Source of the DNA: an uncultured Chloroflexia bacterium
GTDB lineage: Bacteria > Chloroflexota > Anaerolineae > CG2-30-64-16
Length of the DNA stretch: 64,000 nucleotides
NCBI GenBank assembly: GCA_963810095.1
Contig: CAWEMM010000006.1
Coordinates: 704,001 to 768,000 of the forward strand
Direction of reading: 5' to 3'
Below are positions 12,170 through 22,864 of this stretch, in pieces; the stretch's first letter is position 1; the number at the start of each line of letters is the position of its first letter. Position numbers and translations under genes: made by a program. A model generated the notes under the pieces. It searched no databases, had not been told where the DNA came from, and worked only from the letters and a program-made list of their open reading frames with translations.

Positions 12170-14791
12170 ATGAATCAGGATGCCTTGGACAGGCGCATGG
12201 ACGATCGGGAAGCGCCCGGCATAGACGACCAGCCGGGCTGGGGACACAACTGGTCCCTCGTGCAGATGTTGGCGCGGCGCAAGCCCGGGCGCCAGCGCGA
12301 GGCACGCCGGCCCCGGGTGCAGGATGTCGATACACACGAGGGTAACGAGTACCCCGTGCTCGCGCTGCCCGAGACCGTCGTCTTCCCGAACATGGTCACA
12401 CCCCTGTTCCTTGGGCGTGACCGGACCTCGTTGGCCGTCGAAGCGGCGGAGTCAACCGAGAGCCCCCTGCTGGTTGTCGGCGTGCGTGAACACGCCAGCG
12501 AACTGGAGCCCGAAGCGCTCGAGCTCGCGGACCTCTACCAGATCGGCACGGCCGTCGAGATTGGCCGGGTGCTGCGCATGCCCGACGGCTCGACCACCGT
12601 GCTCGTGCAGGGCATCGAACGGGTGCGGCTGACCGAGCTGATCGACACGTCGCCATATCTCCGCGTGCGCGGCGCGCCCATCTACGAGGACGAGCGCCAC
12701 GATATGGCGTCCGAAGCCCTGATGCGCGCCGTGCTCGCCCTGTTCGAGAAAGTCGTCTCCCTCAACCCGAACCTGCCCGACGATTCGTTCGTCGCGGCCA
12801 TGAACGAGAAGGACCCGGGCGGCCTGGCCGACCTGCTGGCCCACGTCCTCGACGTTGAACCCAACATCCGCCAGGAGCTGCTCGAGACGCTCGACCCGCA
12901 CCTGCGGCTGCAGCGCCTGAGCATCATCCTCGGCCAAGAGCTGGATGTGCTCGAGCTCGAGGACCGCATCCAAAACCAGGTGCAGCAGGAGGTCGACAAG
13001 AGCCAGCGCGAGTACTACCTGCGTGAGCAGATGCGCGCGATCCAAACGGAGCTCGGCGAGGTGGACGAGGAGCAACGCGAGCTGGTCGAGCTGCGCGAGA
13101 AGATCGCCGCGGCCCGCCTGCCCGAGTCTGTTCGCACCAAGGCCGAGAAGGAGCTGGGCAAGCTGGCGGCCATGCCGCCCGCGTCGCCAGAAACGACCGT
13201 AGTGCGCAACTACCTGGACTGGCTGCTCGATCTGCCCTGGTATACGGCAACCGAGGATAACCTGGACGTGAAGGCCGCGGCCCAGATGCTCGAGCACAAT
13301 CACTACGGCCTGCCCCGCGTCAAGGAGCGCATTCTCGAACACATCGCCGTGCGGAAGCTCGCGCAGGACAAGATGAAAAGCCCGATCCTCTGCTTCGTCG
13401 GACCGCCGGGCACCGGAAAGACGAGCCTGGGCAAGTCAATTGCCGAGGCGCTCGGCCGCAAGTTCGTGCGGCTGAGCCTGGGCGGCGTGCGCGACGAGGC
13501 AGAAATCCGGGGCCACCGCCGAACCTATATCGGCTCACTCCCGGGCCGCATCATCCAGACCATGCACTCGGCCGGCGCGGTGAACCCGCTCTTCATGCTG
13601 GATGAGATCGACAAGCTCGGCATCGACTTCCGCGGTGACCCTGCGTCTGCCCTGCTGGAAGTGCTCGATCCCGAGCAGAACCACGCGTTCAGCGATCACT
13701 ACCTGGAAGTGCCGTACGACCTGAGCCGGGTCATGTTCATCACCACGGCGAACCTGCTCGATCCGATCCCGCCGGCGCTGCGCGACCGGCTGGAGGTGAT
13801 CGATTTTCCCGGCTACACCGAGGAAGAAAAGCTGGCCATCGCCCGGCAGTTCCTCATCCCGCGCCAGTTGGAGTCGCACGGGTTGACCGAGGAACACATC
13901 CAGTTCAGCGTGGCGGCCCTGCGCACGATGGTGCGCGAGTACACCTACGAAGCCGGGGTGCGCAACCTCGAGCGGGCCATCGCTAACGTTTGCCGGAAGG
14001 TCGCGCGGCGGGTGGCCGAGGGGCGCAAGGCCCCCCACCGGATCACGCCCGCCACGGTGACTGATTTTCTGGGCCCCCCTGAGTTCACCGAGTGGCTCGC
14101 GCTCGAGACGGACGAGATCGGGGTGGTGAACGGGCTGGCCTGGAGCGAAGCGGGCGGCGACGTGATGCAGGTCGAGGTTTCGGTCATGGAGGGCAAGGGC
14201 TCGCTGACCCTCACCGGGCAGATCGGCGAGATCATGCAGGAATCCGCGCAGGCCGCACTGACGTACGCGCGCGCGCACGCCCGGGAATTCGGGTACGGCG
14301 ATCTGGACTTCGACAAAGTCGACATTCACATCCACGTGCCCGAAGGTGCGATCCCAAAGGATGGCCCAAGCGCAGGCGTGACGATCTGCACCTCCCTAAT
14401 TTCCGCCCTGAGCGGGTGCCCGGTGCGGCATGACGTGGCGATGACCGGCGAGCTGACCTTGCGGGGCCGGGTGCTGCCGATCGGCGGGCTTAAGGAGAAA
14501 CTTCTTGCCGCCCACCGGCTGCACATCAAGACCGTGCTGATCCCCAAGCGGAACGAGCGCGACCTGATGGACGTGCCCCGCGACGTTCAGCGCCAACTCA
14601 AACTGGTGCTGATCGAAAAGGTCGACGAAATCCTGCCGCACGCGCTGCTGGCGCCACCCGAGGCGCCGCCCAAGCCCAAGCGCCCGCCCCGCCCGCGGAA
14701 GAAGGTCACGCCTCCGCCTGAGAACGGTGCGGACCGCGGGCCCGAGGCCGCCGGCGTCGCAACCGCAGTGTCGTCCGAGACCGATATGTAG
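12170..14791 (+). CDS. lon: ATP-dependent Lon protease (LonA)
   Basis: LON substrate-binding N-domain, [21 protein letters not shown] catalytic Ser, GGLKEK. Confidence 0.97.
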   Translation: MNQDALDRRMDDREAPGIDDQPGWGHNWSLVQMLARRKPGRQREARRPRVQDVDTHEGNEYPVLALPETVVFPNMVTPLFLGRDRTSLAVEAAESTESPLLVVGVREHASELEPEALELADLYQIGTAVEIGRVLRMPDGSTTVLVQGIERVRLTELIDTSPYLRVRGAPIYEDERHDMASEALMRAVLALFEKVVSLNPNLPDDSFVAAMNEKDPGGLADLLAHVLDVEPNIRQELLETLDPHLRLQRLSIILGQELDVLELEDRIQNQVQQEVDKSQREYYLREQMRAIQTELGEVDEEQRELVELREKIAAARLPESVRTKAEKELGKLAAMPPASPETTVVRNYLDWLLDLPWYTATEDNLDVKAAAQMLEHNHYGLPRVKERILEHIAVRKLAQDKMKSPILCFVGPPGTGKTSLGKSIAEALGRKFVRLSLGGVRDEAEIRGHRRTYIGSLPGRIIQTMHSAGAVNPLFMLDEIDKLGIDFRGDPASALLEVLDPEQNHAFSDHYLEVPYDLSRVMFITTANLLDPIPPALRDRLEVIDFPGYTEEEKLAIARQFLIPRQLESHGLTEEHIQFSVAALRTMVREYTYEAGVRNLERAIANVCRKVARRVAEGRKAPHRITPATVTDFLGPPEFTEWLALETDEIGVVNGLAWSEAGGDVMQVEVSVMEGKGSLTLTGQIGEIMQESAQAALTYARAHAREFGYGDLDFDKVDIHIHVPEGAIPKDGPSAGVTICTSLISALSGCPVRHDVAMTGELTLRGRVLPIGGLKEKLLAAHRLHIKTVLIPKRNERDLMDVPRDVQRQLKLVLIEKVDEILPHALLAPPEAPPKPKRPPRPRKKVTPPPENGADRGPEAAGVATAVSSETDM

Positions 14792-14818
14792 CACCCGGGA
14801 GCCCGGGAGGAGGAGCGC

Positions 14819-16015
14819 ATGTTCAAAGGCCGCGGCGGCGTCGTGCTCTTTATCATCATCATCGTCCTGGTGATCGCCGCGTACTTGCTCCTGCGCCGAG
14901 GCGGGAGCCTGCCGTTCTTTGGCCGCACGACAGAAACGCCGACCATTCCCGTCGACTTGCAGGCCATAGTTCCCCCGGGCTGGACCGTCCTCTCGGATCC
15001 CCTCGTGCAGTGCGACTTCGACGGGGACGGCCTCCTCGAGTGGCTCGTTTTCTATCGCTACAACAGCACGACCCTGCCTGTGCCGTTCGAGAAGGCCGGG
15101 ACGACCCTGACGTTTGCGCCGTACGGGGGCGTGATCTTCGATACCCAAGCCGACACCCTCCAGCCGCAGCCCGACAGCCCGGGGCCCTACCGGGCCTCGA
15201 ATACGGTCCCGTACAAACTGCTGCCGGATTACTATGCGGGGAAGGGGCAAGGGTACCTGGCCGAGACCGGCATCGACGTGGAGTACGCTCCGGCCATCAA
15301 GGCGGGTGCAGGTTGTTCGACCAGCGAGATCAACGTCTTCGGCTACAGCGGGGGTCAACTGCCGACCCGCGTGTCGGTCTTCCACTGGGCAGGGATCGAA
15401 GCGGGCTACCAGGTGGCCCACTTCCCCGGTGACGCGCGGGTGAACTGGACGACGGGCGCCGAGGGTAAGGTCAACGGCGCCACGACCTATAACCGCCTCC
15501 AAAACCACCGCAGCGTTCTGTGTGACGTTCAGGCCTTCCTGCGGCCCGATCTGAGCGTCCTCACATTCATCCCCAATGCGGCGGTTCAGACCATCGACTT
15601 CTGCTTTGGCGCACCCAACGATCCGGTCTATCCGGAAGGCGTCGTGGTGGCCGTCCTGCGCGGCGCGCCCCCGCCCACGACCACCGGCTTACCCAGTTAC
15701 TTCCTGGACGATGCGATCGTCCCGGCCGAGCTCCAGTTCCTCACGGACCCGGTGCACGAGGCGGTCAATATCGTCGCGCTCGGCAACCCGTCGAGCGTGA
15801 CACCCGTGCCCGTGCGGGGCGCACCCTGCACGACGGACCAGATCAGGACGGCCGACAAGGACCAGTTCTGGTGCGGCCGTGAGAGCGTGCGGGTGGAGAC
15901 GCGCATGATTCTCAACGGCGTCCCGCGAGATGCCGTATGGATCCTGGAGAGCGTCGTGCCCACCACTCCGAACGCCGGGCTCTACTGGCGCATCTCGGAG
16001 GTCGAGCTGTCGTGA
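14819..16015 (+). CDS. Hypothetical membrane-anchored extracellular protein (398 aa)
   Basis: GGAGGAG RBS, N-terminal hydrophobic anchor, DFDGDG Ca-binding-like loop, several Cys; open frame with GC-rich codon usage. Confidence 0.8.
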   Translation: MFKGRGGVVLFIIIIVLVIAAYLLLRRGGSLPFFGRTTETPTIPVDLQAIVPPGWTVLSDPLVQCDFDGDGLLEWLVFYRYNSTTLPVPFEKAGTTLTFAPYGGVIFDTQADTLQPQPDSPGPYRASNTVPYKLLPDYYAGKGQGYLAETGIDVEYAPAIKAGAGCSTSEINVFGYSGGQLPTRVSVFHWAGIEAGYQVAHFPGDARVNWTTGAEGKVNGATTYNRLQNHRSVLCDVQAFLRPDLSVLTFIPNAAVQTIDFCFGAPNDPVYPEGVVVAVLRGAPPPTTTGLPSYFLDDAIVPAELQFLTDPVHEAVNIVALGNPSSVTPVPVRGAPCTTDQIRTADKDQFWCGRESVRVETRMILNGVPRDAVWILESVVPTTPNAGLYWRISEVELS

Positions 16016-17443
16016 GCCGGCCGCCCTACGACCTGGATCGCCCTCAACTCGATAATCTTCTCGCTGCCGGCCCGGGCGAACGAGCGGCCTTCCTGCCGGC
16101 CAATCCGGCCCCCGCCCGGCTTGCGGAAACCCTGGTCGCGCTGGCAAACGCCCACGGCGGACTCGTGCTGATCGGCGTGAGCCCGAGCGGTAAGGCCACC
16201 GGGATTAACGAGTCGGAGGAAGGCCGCGCGGCCAGCCAGACCCTCGTGCAGGAAGCTGGCCTGCTGGCCACCCCGCCGCTCATCCTGCCGCTGGTCACCT
16301 TCGTGCCGCTCGATGCGGGCAAGACTCTTTGCGTGGCCCAGGTGCCGCCCGGCATGCCGCACGCCTACAGCCTCAACGGCCGCTACTTGACCCGAACCGG
16401 GGCGGCCAATCGCCTGTTGAGCGCGTCCGAACTCACCGCCCTGCTGCTCAGCCGGGCAGAAGCGGGGTTCGAAGCCCGGACGGCGCCGGGCGCGACCCTC
16501 GCCGACCTCGATCTCGACGCGGTGCTGGCCTACGTCGACCAACTGCCGGGCCTGGTCGGCGAGGGCTGGCAGCGCGTCCTGGCGAGCCGGGGGTGCCTGG
16601 CCCCTCAACCAGGAGGCGCCGGCGAGGCGCCGGGCCTGGCGCCGACTTATGCAGGTATCCTTGTTTTCGGCCGCCAGCCACAGCGTTTCCTCCGCAACGC
16701 GCAGATCACGCTGATCCGCTACCCCGGGACAAACATGGGCGACGAGTTTGTCCGTGACGACGCCAGTGGAACGCTGCCCGAGCAGATACGGCGGGCCGAG
16801 ACCTTTGTGACGACCAACATGCGCCGGGGCATGCGCATCGGCGGGGTGGCGCGCACCGAGGTGAGCGAGTACCCGCTGCCCGTGGTGCGGGAGGCCATTG
16901 TCAACGCGGTGGCGCACCGCGATTACGCCATCCGCGGCGACGACGTGCGCGGTGCTGATGTTCAGCGACCGGATGGAAATCTACAGCCCGGGCCGCCTGC
17001 CGGGCCACGTCACCCTGGACAATCTCCTGACCGAGCGTTTTTCGCGCAACGAGGCAATCGTGCAGGCCCTATCCGATCTCGGTTTCGTCGAGCGGCTCGG
17101 CTACGGCATCGACCGGATGGTCGCGGCGATGAACGACGCGGGGCTGCCGGCCCCCACGTTTGAAGAGACCGTCGCAGGCTTCCGGGTGACCCTCCACGGC
17201 CGCGGCGAGAACCTGGTCAGCCCCGAGCCTGCCCCGCGCTGGCGCAACCTGCGGCTGGAGCCCCGCCAGGAACGCGCCCTCGCATACCTCGCCGAACACG
17301 GCGCAATCACCAACCGGGAGTTCCGCGAGCTGGTCCCCGACATCAGCGACGAGACCGTGCGCCGCTTGTTGGCGGACCTCGTCGACCAGGGGCTGATCAT
17401 CAAGGTGGGCGAGCGGAAGGCCACGTACTACATCCTGAAGTAG
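16012..17443 (+). CDS. Schlafen/AlbA_2 + HATPase_c_4 (RecG-C-like) + winged-HTH protein; frameshift near 16950
   Basis: [67 protein letters not shown]...[11 protein letters not shown] overlaps the upstream stop. Confidence 0.85.
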
Positions 17444-17462
17444 GAGCGAGCCGGCTGCACGT

Positions 17463-17912
17463 TTAGACCCACTGGCCGAGCTGAAACTCTGCGGCAAACG
17501 GATTAACGGTTCGGATCCCTTCGACCACCGCGCCATCGCTGAAGTCCTCGCTGAAAATCACAGGGATCTGGTTCAGGCGAGCGGTGGCCCAGATCTGGGC
17601 GTCCCAGATCCGCATCTGGTGCTGAAGGGCGCCGCGCGCCGCTTCCAGAACAATCAGCGGTGTGATATCCAGCACGGGCCAAGCCATGATCATGTTCCTG
17701 ACCCGCTCGTGGGCTTCCTCGGATGTCAGTGGATCGGCGATGCGCCGGGTGACAGCATTATGGAACTCAATGAGGACCTGGCTACTGAGGATACCCTTTC
17801 TGCTGGCAGCGAGTTCATTGAGGACGCCCAAGGCCTGGACCTGTTTGATTGGCTCTGATCGATCATACGCGTAGACGACGACATTGGTATCGATCAGAAT
17901 CCTATCGGTCAT
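17463..17912 (-). CDS. vapC: PIN-domain toxin (VapC family)
   Basis: ILIDTNVVVY, QVLIEF, IWDAQIWATA, SEDF, NPF. Confidence 0.9.
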   Translation of the reverse strand: MTDRILIDTNVVVYAYDRSEPIKQVQALGVLNELAASRKGILSSQVLIEFHNAVTRRIADPLTSEEAHERVRNMIMAWPVLDITPLIVLEAARGALQHQMRIWDAQIWATARLNQIPVIFSEDFSDGAVVEGIRTVNPFAAEFQLGQWV

Positions 17913-18159
17913 GTAAATCCTCACGGCTCCAGGTTCGCTGGCCCGCAACAGGTCCTTTTGCCATGCGTAAGCGGATAAAGTCCTGTTCCCGTGCCCAGGC
18001 TTCCGATGCAGCCCAAGGATGTCGCAGAATCCTCGTCTGGTTGTCAATGGCCTGGCGGATAATCTCGGCCTCACTGGTCCCGGTTTCGGCTACCTGACGC
18101 TTGAGCGCAGCCTCCTGCTGAGGATCGAGATATACCTGCTTGCGGAGCTTTCGCACCAT
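17902..18159 (-). CDS. Ribbon-helix-helix (CopG-like) antitoxin
   Basis: RKQVYLD...SEAEIIRQAID RHH pattern, C-terminal WSREDLHDR; overlaps the toxin start; AGGAG RBS. Confidence 0.85.
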   Translation of the reverse strand: MVRKLRKQVYLDPQQEAALKRQVAETGTSEAEIIRQAIDNQTRILRHPWAASEAWAREQDFIRLRMAKGPVAGQRTWSREDLHDR

Positions 18160-18176
18160 CTTAGCTCTCCTGGTCC

Positions 18177-18219
18177 GATGTATACATTACATTATACATC
18201 ACCAGGAACACAGATTCAA
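18177..18219 (-). promoter_or_regulatory. Sigma70-type promoter of the TA operon with palindromic operator
   Basis: Minus strand TTGAAT(18219-18214)-N17-TATAAT(18196-18191); perfect IR GATGTATA-N8-TATACATC at 18177-18200 over the -10. Confidence 0.8.
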
Positions 18220-18374
18220 CTGGCGCGAATCCGGACCAGGAATCTATCCGAAGATGCTCTGGCCGGTCTCGTACGCCGGCCTGGCTGGCGCCCGGACCAG
18301 GCGGGGCACGGTCAGAGACCGGCCCCAGCTTACTCTCGGATAGGTACTAATGAGCACAAACACGATCATGACTT
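18214..18374 (-). ncRNA. Candidate 6S-like structured RNA
   Basis: Rod hairpin 18244-18343 (CTATCCGA/TCGGATAG, GGCCGGTCTC/GAGACCGGCC, CCTGG/CCAGG), flanking unpaired strands, a weaker closing stem, and a TATGAT -10-like hexamer at 18386-18381. Folded by eye only. Confidence 0.4.
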
Positions 18375-18491
18375 GCGAGCATCATAGCCTCAAGTCCGCG
18401 AGCCGGACGGCCCCCCGAGGTCCTTTGTTTTTCACCGGAACATTCCTTCACATGTTCCGTTTAAGTTAAGGATTGTCGCATCCACCACGCC

Positions 18492-18520
18492 TTGCCGCGC
18501 CTGTGGTCTGCGCGTATAAT
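18492..18520 (+). promoter_or_regulatory. Sigma70-type promoter of HMG-CoA reductase
   Basis: TTGCCG-N17-TATAAT. Confidence 0.6.
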
Positions 18521-18608
18521 TACAGAAGTGTCCCTGATACTTCTGCCAGACTCTTATCAGCAACCCGCAATCATTTGGATACCTTTGTCCAGCTAAGGGA
18601 GAAAAACT

Positions 18609-20156
18609 ATGCTGATCCCGAGCCTGCTGCTTAAGAAGCTTTACACTCTCGGCAGCCTGAAGAACACGGCTGATGGCGTCGCTTTTTCGATTAAGAACCG
18701 CCTCAGCGACGCAGAGCTGATCGCGCTGAAAGCCGTCGCGATCGACGGCCACGAAATTCCACCGCAACGCCATCCGGCTGTCGATGGCCGACGGGCGCGC
18801 GCTGCGTCCCGAGCAGATCTCCGCCGCCAGTCCGCTCGTCTTTCCCGCTGCGCACCACGGTCGACATCCTGCGCCGCGATTCCTGCCCTGCGCGACGGCA
18901 AGCATACCTTCGGTCGTTGGCTTCGAATCGCGCCCGTTTGGCAAGCTCCAGTTCTCGGTCGAGGATGCGACCAGCGCCGCGGTCGAGGAACAGGTTCGGA
19001 TCCCGCGGGATGCGAACGACGACTACAACGAAGCCGATCATTGCCGAGCGCCAGGCCTTTGTCGAGCAGTTTTCCGGCCAGCGGCTCGACCACGTGAAGC
19101 ACTACTCGTTCGACGCGCAACGGGTGAAGGGCAATGTGGAGCATTTCACCGGCGTCGCGCAGGTCCCAATCGGCTTCGCAGGGCCGATCAAGATCGACGG
19201 CGAAGCCGCGCAGGGTGAGTTCATCATTCCGCTGGCGACGACGGAGGGGACGCTGGTGGCCTCCTACAACCGGGGCATCAAGGTGATCAACCTGTGCGGT
19301 GGCGTCAAGTGCACCGTCATCGACGACGTGATGCAGCGCGCGCCCGTCTTCGCGTTCGACGATGCCCGCGGGCGCCCGCGACTTCGTCAAGTGGATCTGC
19401 GACAACTTCGACAAGATCAAGGAAGAGGCCGAAGCGACTTCGAAGGTCGCCAAGCTCAAGTACATCGACCCGTTCCTCGCCAACAAGTTCGCCTACCTGC
19501 GGTTCAACTTCTTCACGGGCGACGCGGCAGGCCAGAACATGGTTGGCCGGGCCACTTTCGCCGCCTGCAGCTGGATCATCGACCATTATCCCGGCATCCG
19601 GCGCTTCTACCTGGAATCCAATTTTGCTACGGACAAGAAGGCCTCGCAGATCAACATCATGCGCACCCGCGGCAAGCGCGTGACGGCCGAGGTCATCGTG
19701 TGCCGCGATACCCTGATCCAGCAACTGCGGGTGGAACCCGAGCAACTGGCGTATCATCACGGCGTAGCAAACGTGGGCGCATTCCTTTCGGGCGCCAACA
19801 ACAACGGCCTGCATGCGGCGAACGCCATCACGGCCATGTTCATTGCCACCGGCCAGGATGTGGCGAACGTGGCCGAGTCGTCGGCCGGCATCATCTACAC
19901 CGAGCTGACGCCGGACCGCGACCTGTACCTCTCGCTGACGCTCCCGTCGCTGATCGTGGCGACCTACGGCGGCGGCACGGGCCTGGCCACGCAGCGCGAG
20001 TGCCTCGAGATGCTGGGCTGCTACGGCAAGGGCAAGGTGCACAAGTTCGCCGAGATCGTCGCGGGCGTAGCGCTCGCCGGCGAGCTGTCGCTGGCATCCG
20101 CCATCTCGTCGCTCGACTGGGTGTCGTCGCACGAGACGTACGGCCGGAACCGGTAA
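18609..20156 (+). CDS. Class I hydroxymethylglutaryl-CoA reductase with extra N-terminal domain; frameshifted
   Basis: NVEHFTG, PLATTEGTLVASYNRG, TGDAAGQNMV, SNFATDKK, ATGQD, YGGGT, LAGELSL, catalytic His in SSHETYGR (ORFs 18609..19097, 18784..19218, 18917.., 19362..20156). Confidence 0.88.
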
Positions 20157-20172
20157 CGGGGTTCGGTATTAA

Positions 20173-20214
20173 GGGTGCGGCCTGCAGAGAACCGGCTCTC
20201 TACAGGCCGCACCC
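20173..20214 (+). terminator. GC-rich stem-loop after HMG-CoA reductase
   Basis: GGGTGCGGCCTG/CAGGCCGCACCC 12-bp IR plus inner AGAGA/TCTCT, followed by TAATTTTCT. Confidence 0.6.
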
Positions 20215-20247
20215 CTAATTTCTGATTGCGCCACATTTCTGATTGCA

Positions 20248-20276
20248 TTGACAAAGCCTTCACTTACGACGATACT
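20248..20276 (+). promoter_or_regulatory. Sigma70-type promoter of the GH13 gene
   Basis: TTGACA-N17-GATACT; AGGAGGAG RBS downstream. Confidence 0.6.
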
Positions 20277-20312
20277 TCCTCGCACAACTTGCGTTGCTCG
20301 AGGAGGAGACTC

Positions 20313-22050
20313 ATGTCCGGCCGTCGTTTTGCGCCGAGGTCCCTGGCACTAATACTGCTGCTGGCGCTGATTTTGGCGGGCTGCACGCCCGGCGCGACGC
20401 CTGCACCCACGGCCGCTGCGCCTGCGGCCCGCACCACGCCCGTTCCCCCCACGGCTGCGGCCGACGGCAACCTTGCCGCCCACGGCAACGCCGCGCGCCT
20501 ACGCGTGGCGCCACACGCCCGCCCCGGCCACGAAATGGTGGAACGACGACGTCTTCTACGAGATCTTCGTCCGCTCCTTCCAGGACTCAGACGGCGACGG
20601 CATCGGCGACTTCAAGGGGCTGAGTCGAAGCTGGACTACCTGAACGACGGCGATCCGAACACGACCGACGATCTCGGCGTCACGGGCATCTGGCTCATGC
20701 CCATCCACGCCGTCCCCGTCTTATCACGGCTACGACGTCACCGATTACAAGGCGATCAATCCGGAGTACGGCACGATGGAGGACTTCAAGGAGTTCCTCG
20801 ACGAGGCGCACAAGCGCGGCATCAAAGTCATCATCGACCTGGTGATGAACCACACCTCGTCGAAGCATCCCTGGTTCGTCGAGGCGCAGGATCCCGAAGT
20901 CGCCCAAGCACGACTGGTACGTGTGGTCTGAGACGCGCGACGGGGCCGGATTGGCATGAGGCGGGGCAAAAGGTGAAGTACTACGGCGCATTCGGCGGCC
21001 ACATGCCCGACCTGAACTACAAGAACCCGGAGGTCACGGCGGCGATGTTCGACATCGTGCGCTTCTGGCTCGAGGACGTGAGGTCGACGGCTTCCGGCTC
21101 GATGCGATCAAGTACCTGTCGAAGAAGACGGCCGGACGGTCGAGCACGCGCCGGCCACCTTCAAGTGGCTGAAGGAGTTCTACAAGTTCTACAAGAGCTT
21201 CAACCCGGACGCGTTTACCGTCGGCGAGGTGTGGGCCGAGACGAGGATCGTCGCAAGTTTATGTTCCCGACAAGGTGGACATCGCTTTCGAGTTCGACAT
21301 GGCCGAAGGCATGGTCACGTCGGCCAAGCTGCGGGACGCCGCTAACGTTGCGCAAACCCAGGCGAAGGTCGACAAGCTCTACCCGCCCGGCCAGTTCGCG
21401 TTCCTTCCTCGCCAACCACGACCAGAACCGCACCCGCTCGGAGGTCGAGGAGGACGGCCAGGCGCCGCCGCCGCCAGCCTCGACCTGCTCTACCCCGGCG
21501 TGCCGTTCATCTATTACGGCGAAGAGATCGGCATGCAGGGCGTCAAGCCGGACGAGAATATCCGCCGGCCGATGCAGTGGACCGCGGCGGGGGGCTTCAC
21601 GACGTGGCGAGCCGTGGAACGCGTATTTCGACGACGAGGCGACCCGGAACGTCGCGGCGACAAAGCGCCGACCCGGCCTCGCTGCTCAACCACTACCGCG
21701 ACCTCATCCGCCTGCGCAACACGTATCCCGCCCTGCGCACAGGCGATTGGCGCGGGGTGACCGTCGAGAGGCGCGTCCGTCGGTTTACAGCTTCATGCGC
21801 TAGCAGGGCGACGAACGTTTTCTGGTGCTCGTTAACCTGGGCAAGGAGTCCGTGACCGATTACGCCCTGAGCCTGGAAGCTCAACCCGGCGCCAATCCTT
21901 CCGCACGGCCGGTAAAGGCAGAGTTGGTATTCGGGTCCGGAAGACGCGGCCCAAGACATCCCGACGATGCCGACCGACGGTTTCGAGGGTTACAAGCCCA
22001 TTGCGACCTTGCCTCCCTACAGCACGTTCGTGATCCGGTATTCGCGATGA
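20313..22050 (+). CDS. GH13 alpha-amylase family lipoprotein; multiple frameshifts
   Basis: Lipobox LAGC, Pro/Thr/Ala linker, [70 protein letters not shown]. Confidence 0.85.
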
Positions 22051-22864
22051 CGCTGCCGGGAGTTTCGCTGCCCGATGACCGCTACCGCCGGGTGACCGGC
22101 TTCGTGCTCGGCGCGCTCGTGGGCCTCACCTACGCGGCGGTATACCAGTTCGGCGATCAGTTGGCCCTGCCCGGCGTGCCCCTCTACCAGCCGCCGTTCG
22201 GCTTGGCCGGCAACTCGTCATGTACGCGCTCGGCGGCGGGCTGCTCGGCCTCATTACTGCCTGGCCGCGCAGCGGCCTGGTCGGGACTTTCATCGCCGCG
22301 GCCCTCAGTGCGGCAGTTCTCATCCTGTCTTCCCTGATCAGTGCGAACGCGGCCGCACGTACGGGCGTGGGCGCCAGCGTCATCCTCGCGCTGTTCGTCG
22401 GGCTGCCTTTCTGGGCGCTGCTGGTGCCCATGCTGGGCGCGCTGCGCTGGGTGGTGAGCCACGACGAAGAGGCGCGTCGCGACGACCAACCGTGGTATCG
22501 CCGGGCCTGGCAGCCCGTCATCCTCCTGCTCATCGTCGGGGTTGTGGGCCTGACCGGCCTCTACCACGAGCGTGCGCGGCTGCTCATCGCCAAGACGCAC
22601 ACGATGCTGCAGGCCGCGCAGTCGGGCGGCCCGCTGCCCGAACCGCTGGCAGATACGGCCTTCGCAGACCCGCGGCCAGGGTCCATATGAACTTTCCTGG
22701 GAACAAGATCGATAGAGCGGTATCGCATCCCGCGTCCGGGCAAGAATTTCGATCAGCATTCAGTGGTGGTGGCACGGTTCAGGAATGGGTGGAACCTCGT
22801 CTGTCTCTACATCGACCCGACCGACCCGCCGCTCTGTAAGGAGATGGAGGTACTTCCGCGTTGA
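22047..22864 (+). CDS. Hypothetical multi-pass membrane protein, paralog A; frameshifted
   Basis: ATGA overlap with GH13. LALPGVPLYQPPFG...NFDQHSVVVARFRNGWNLVCLY...PLC aligns by eye with the next gene. Confidence 0.65.

Noticed and set aside
16012-18159. AlbA_2 protein plus VapBC as a defence island or mobile element
   Set aside because: No integrase, att sites or other defence genes; the flanks are housekeeping genes.
18244-18343. Hairpin as SRP RNA, tRNA or retron ncRNA
   Set aside because: No CAGG..GNRA..AGCAG helix, no cloverleaf or T-loop, and no reverse transcriptase in the window.
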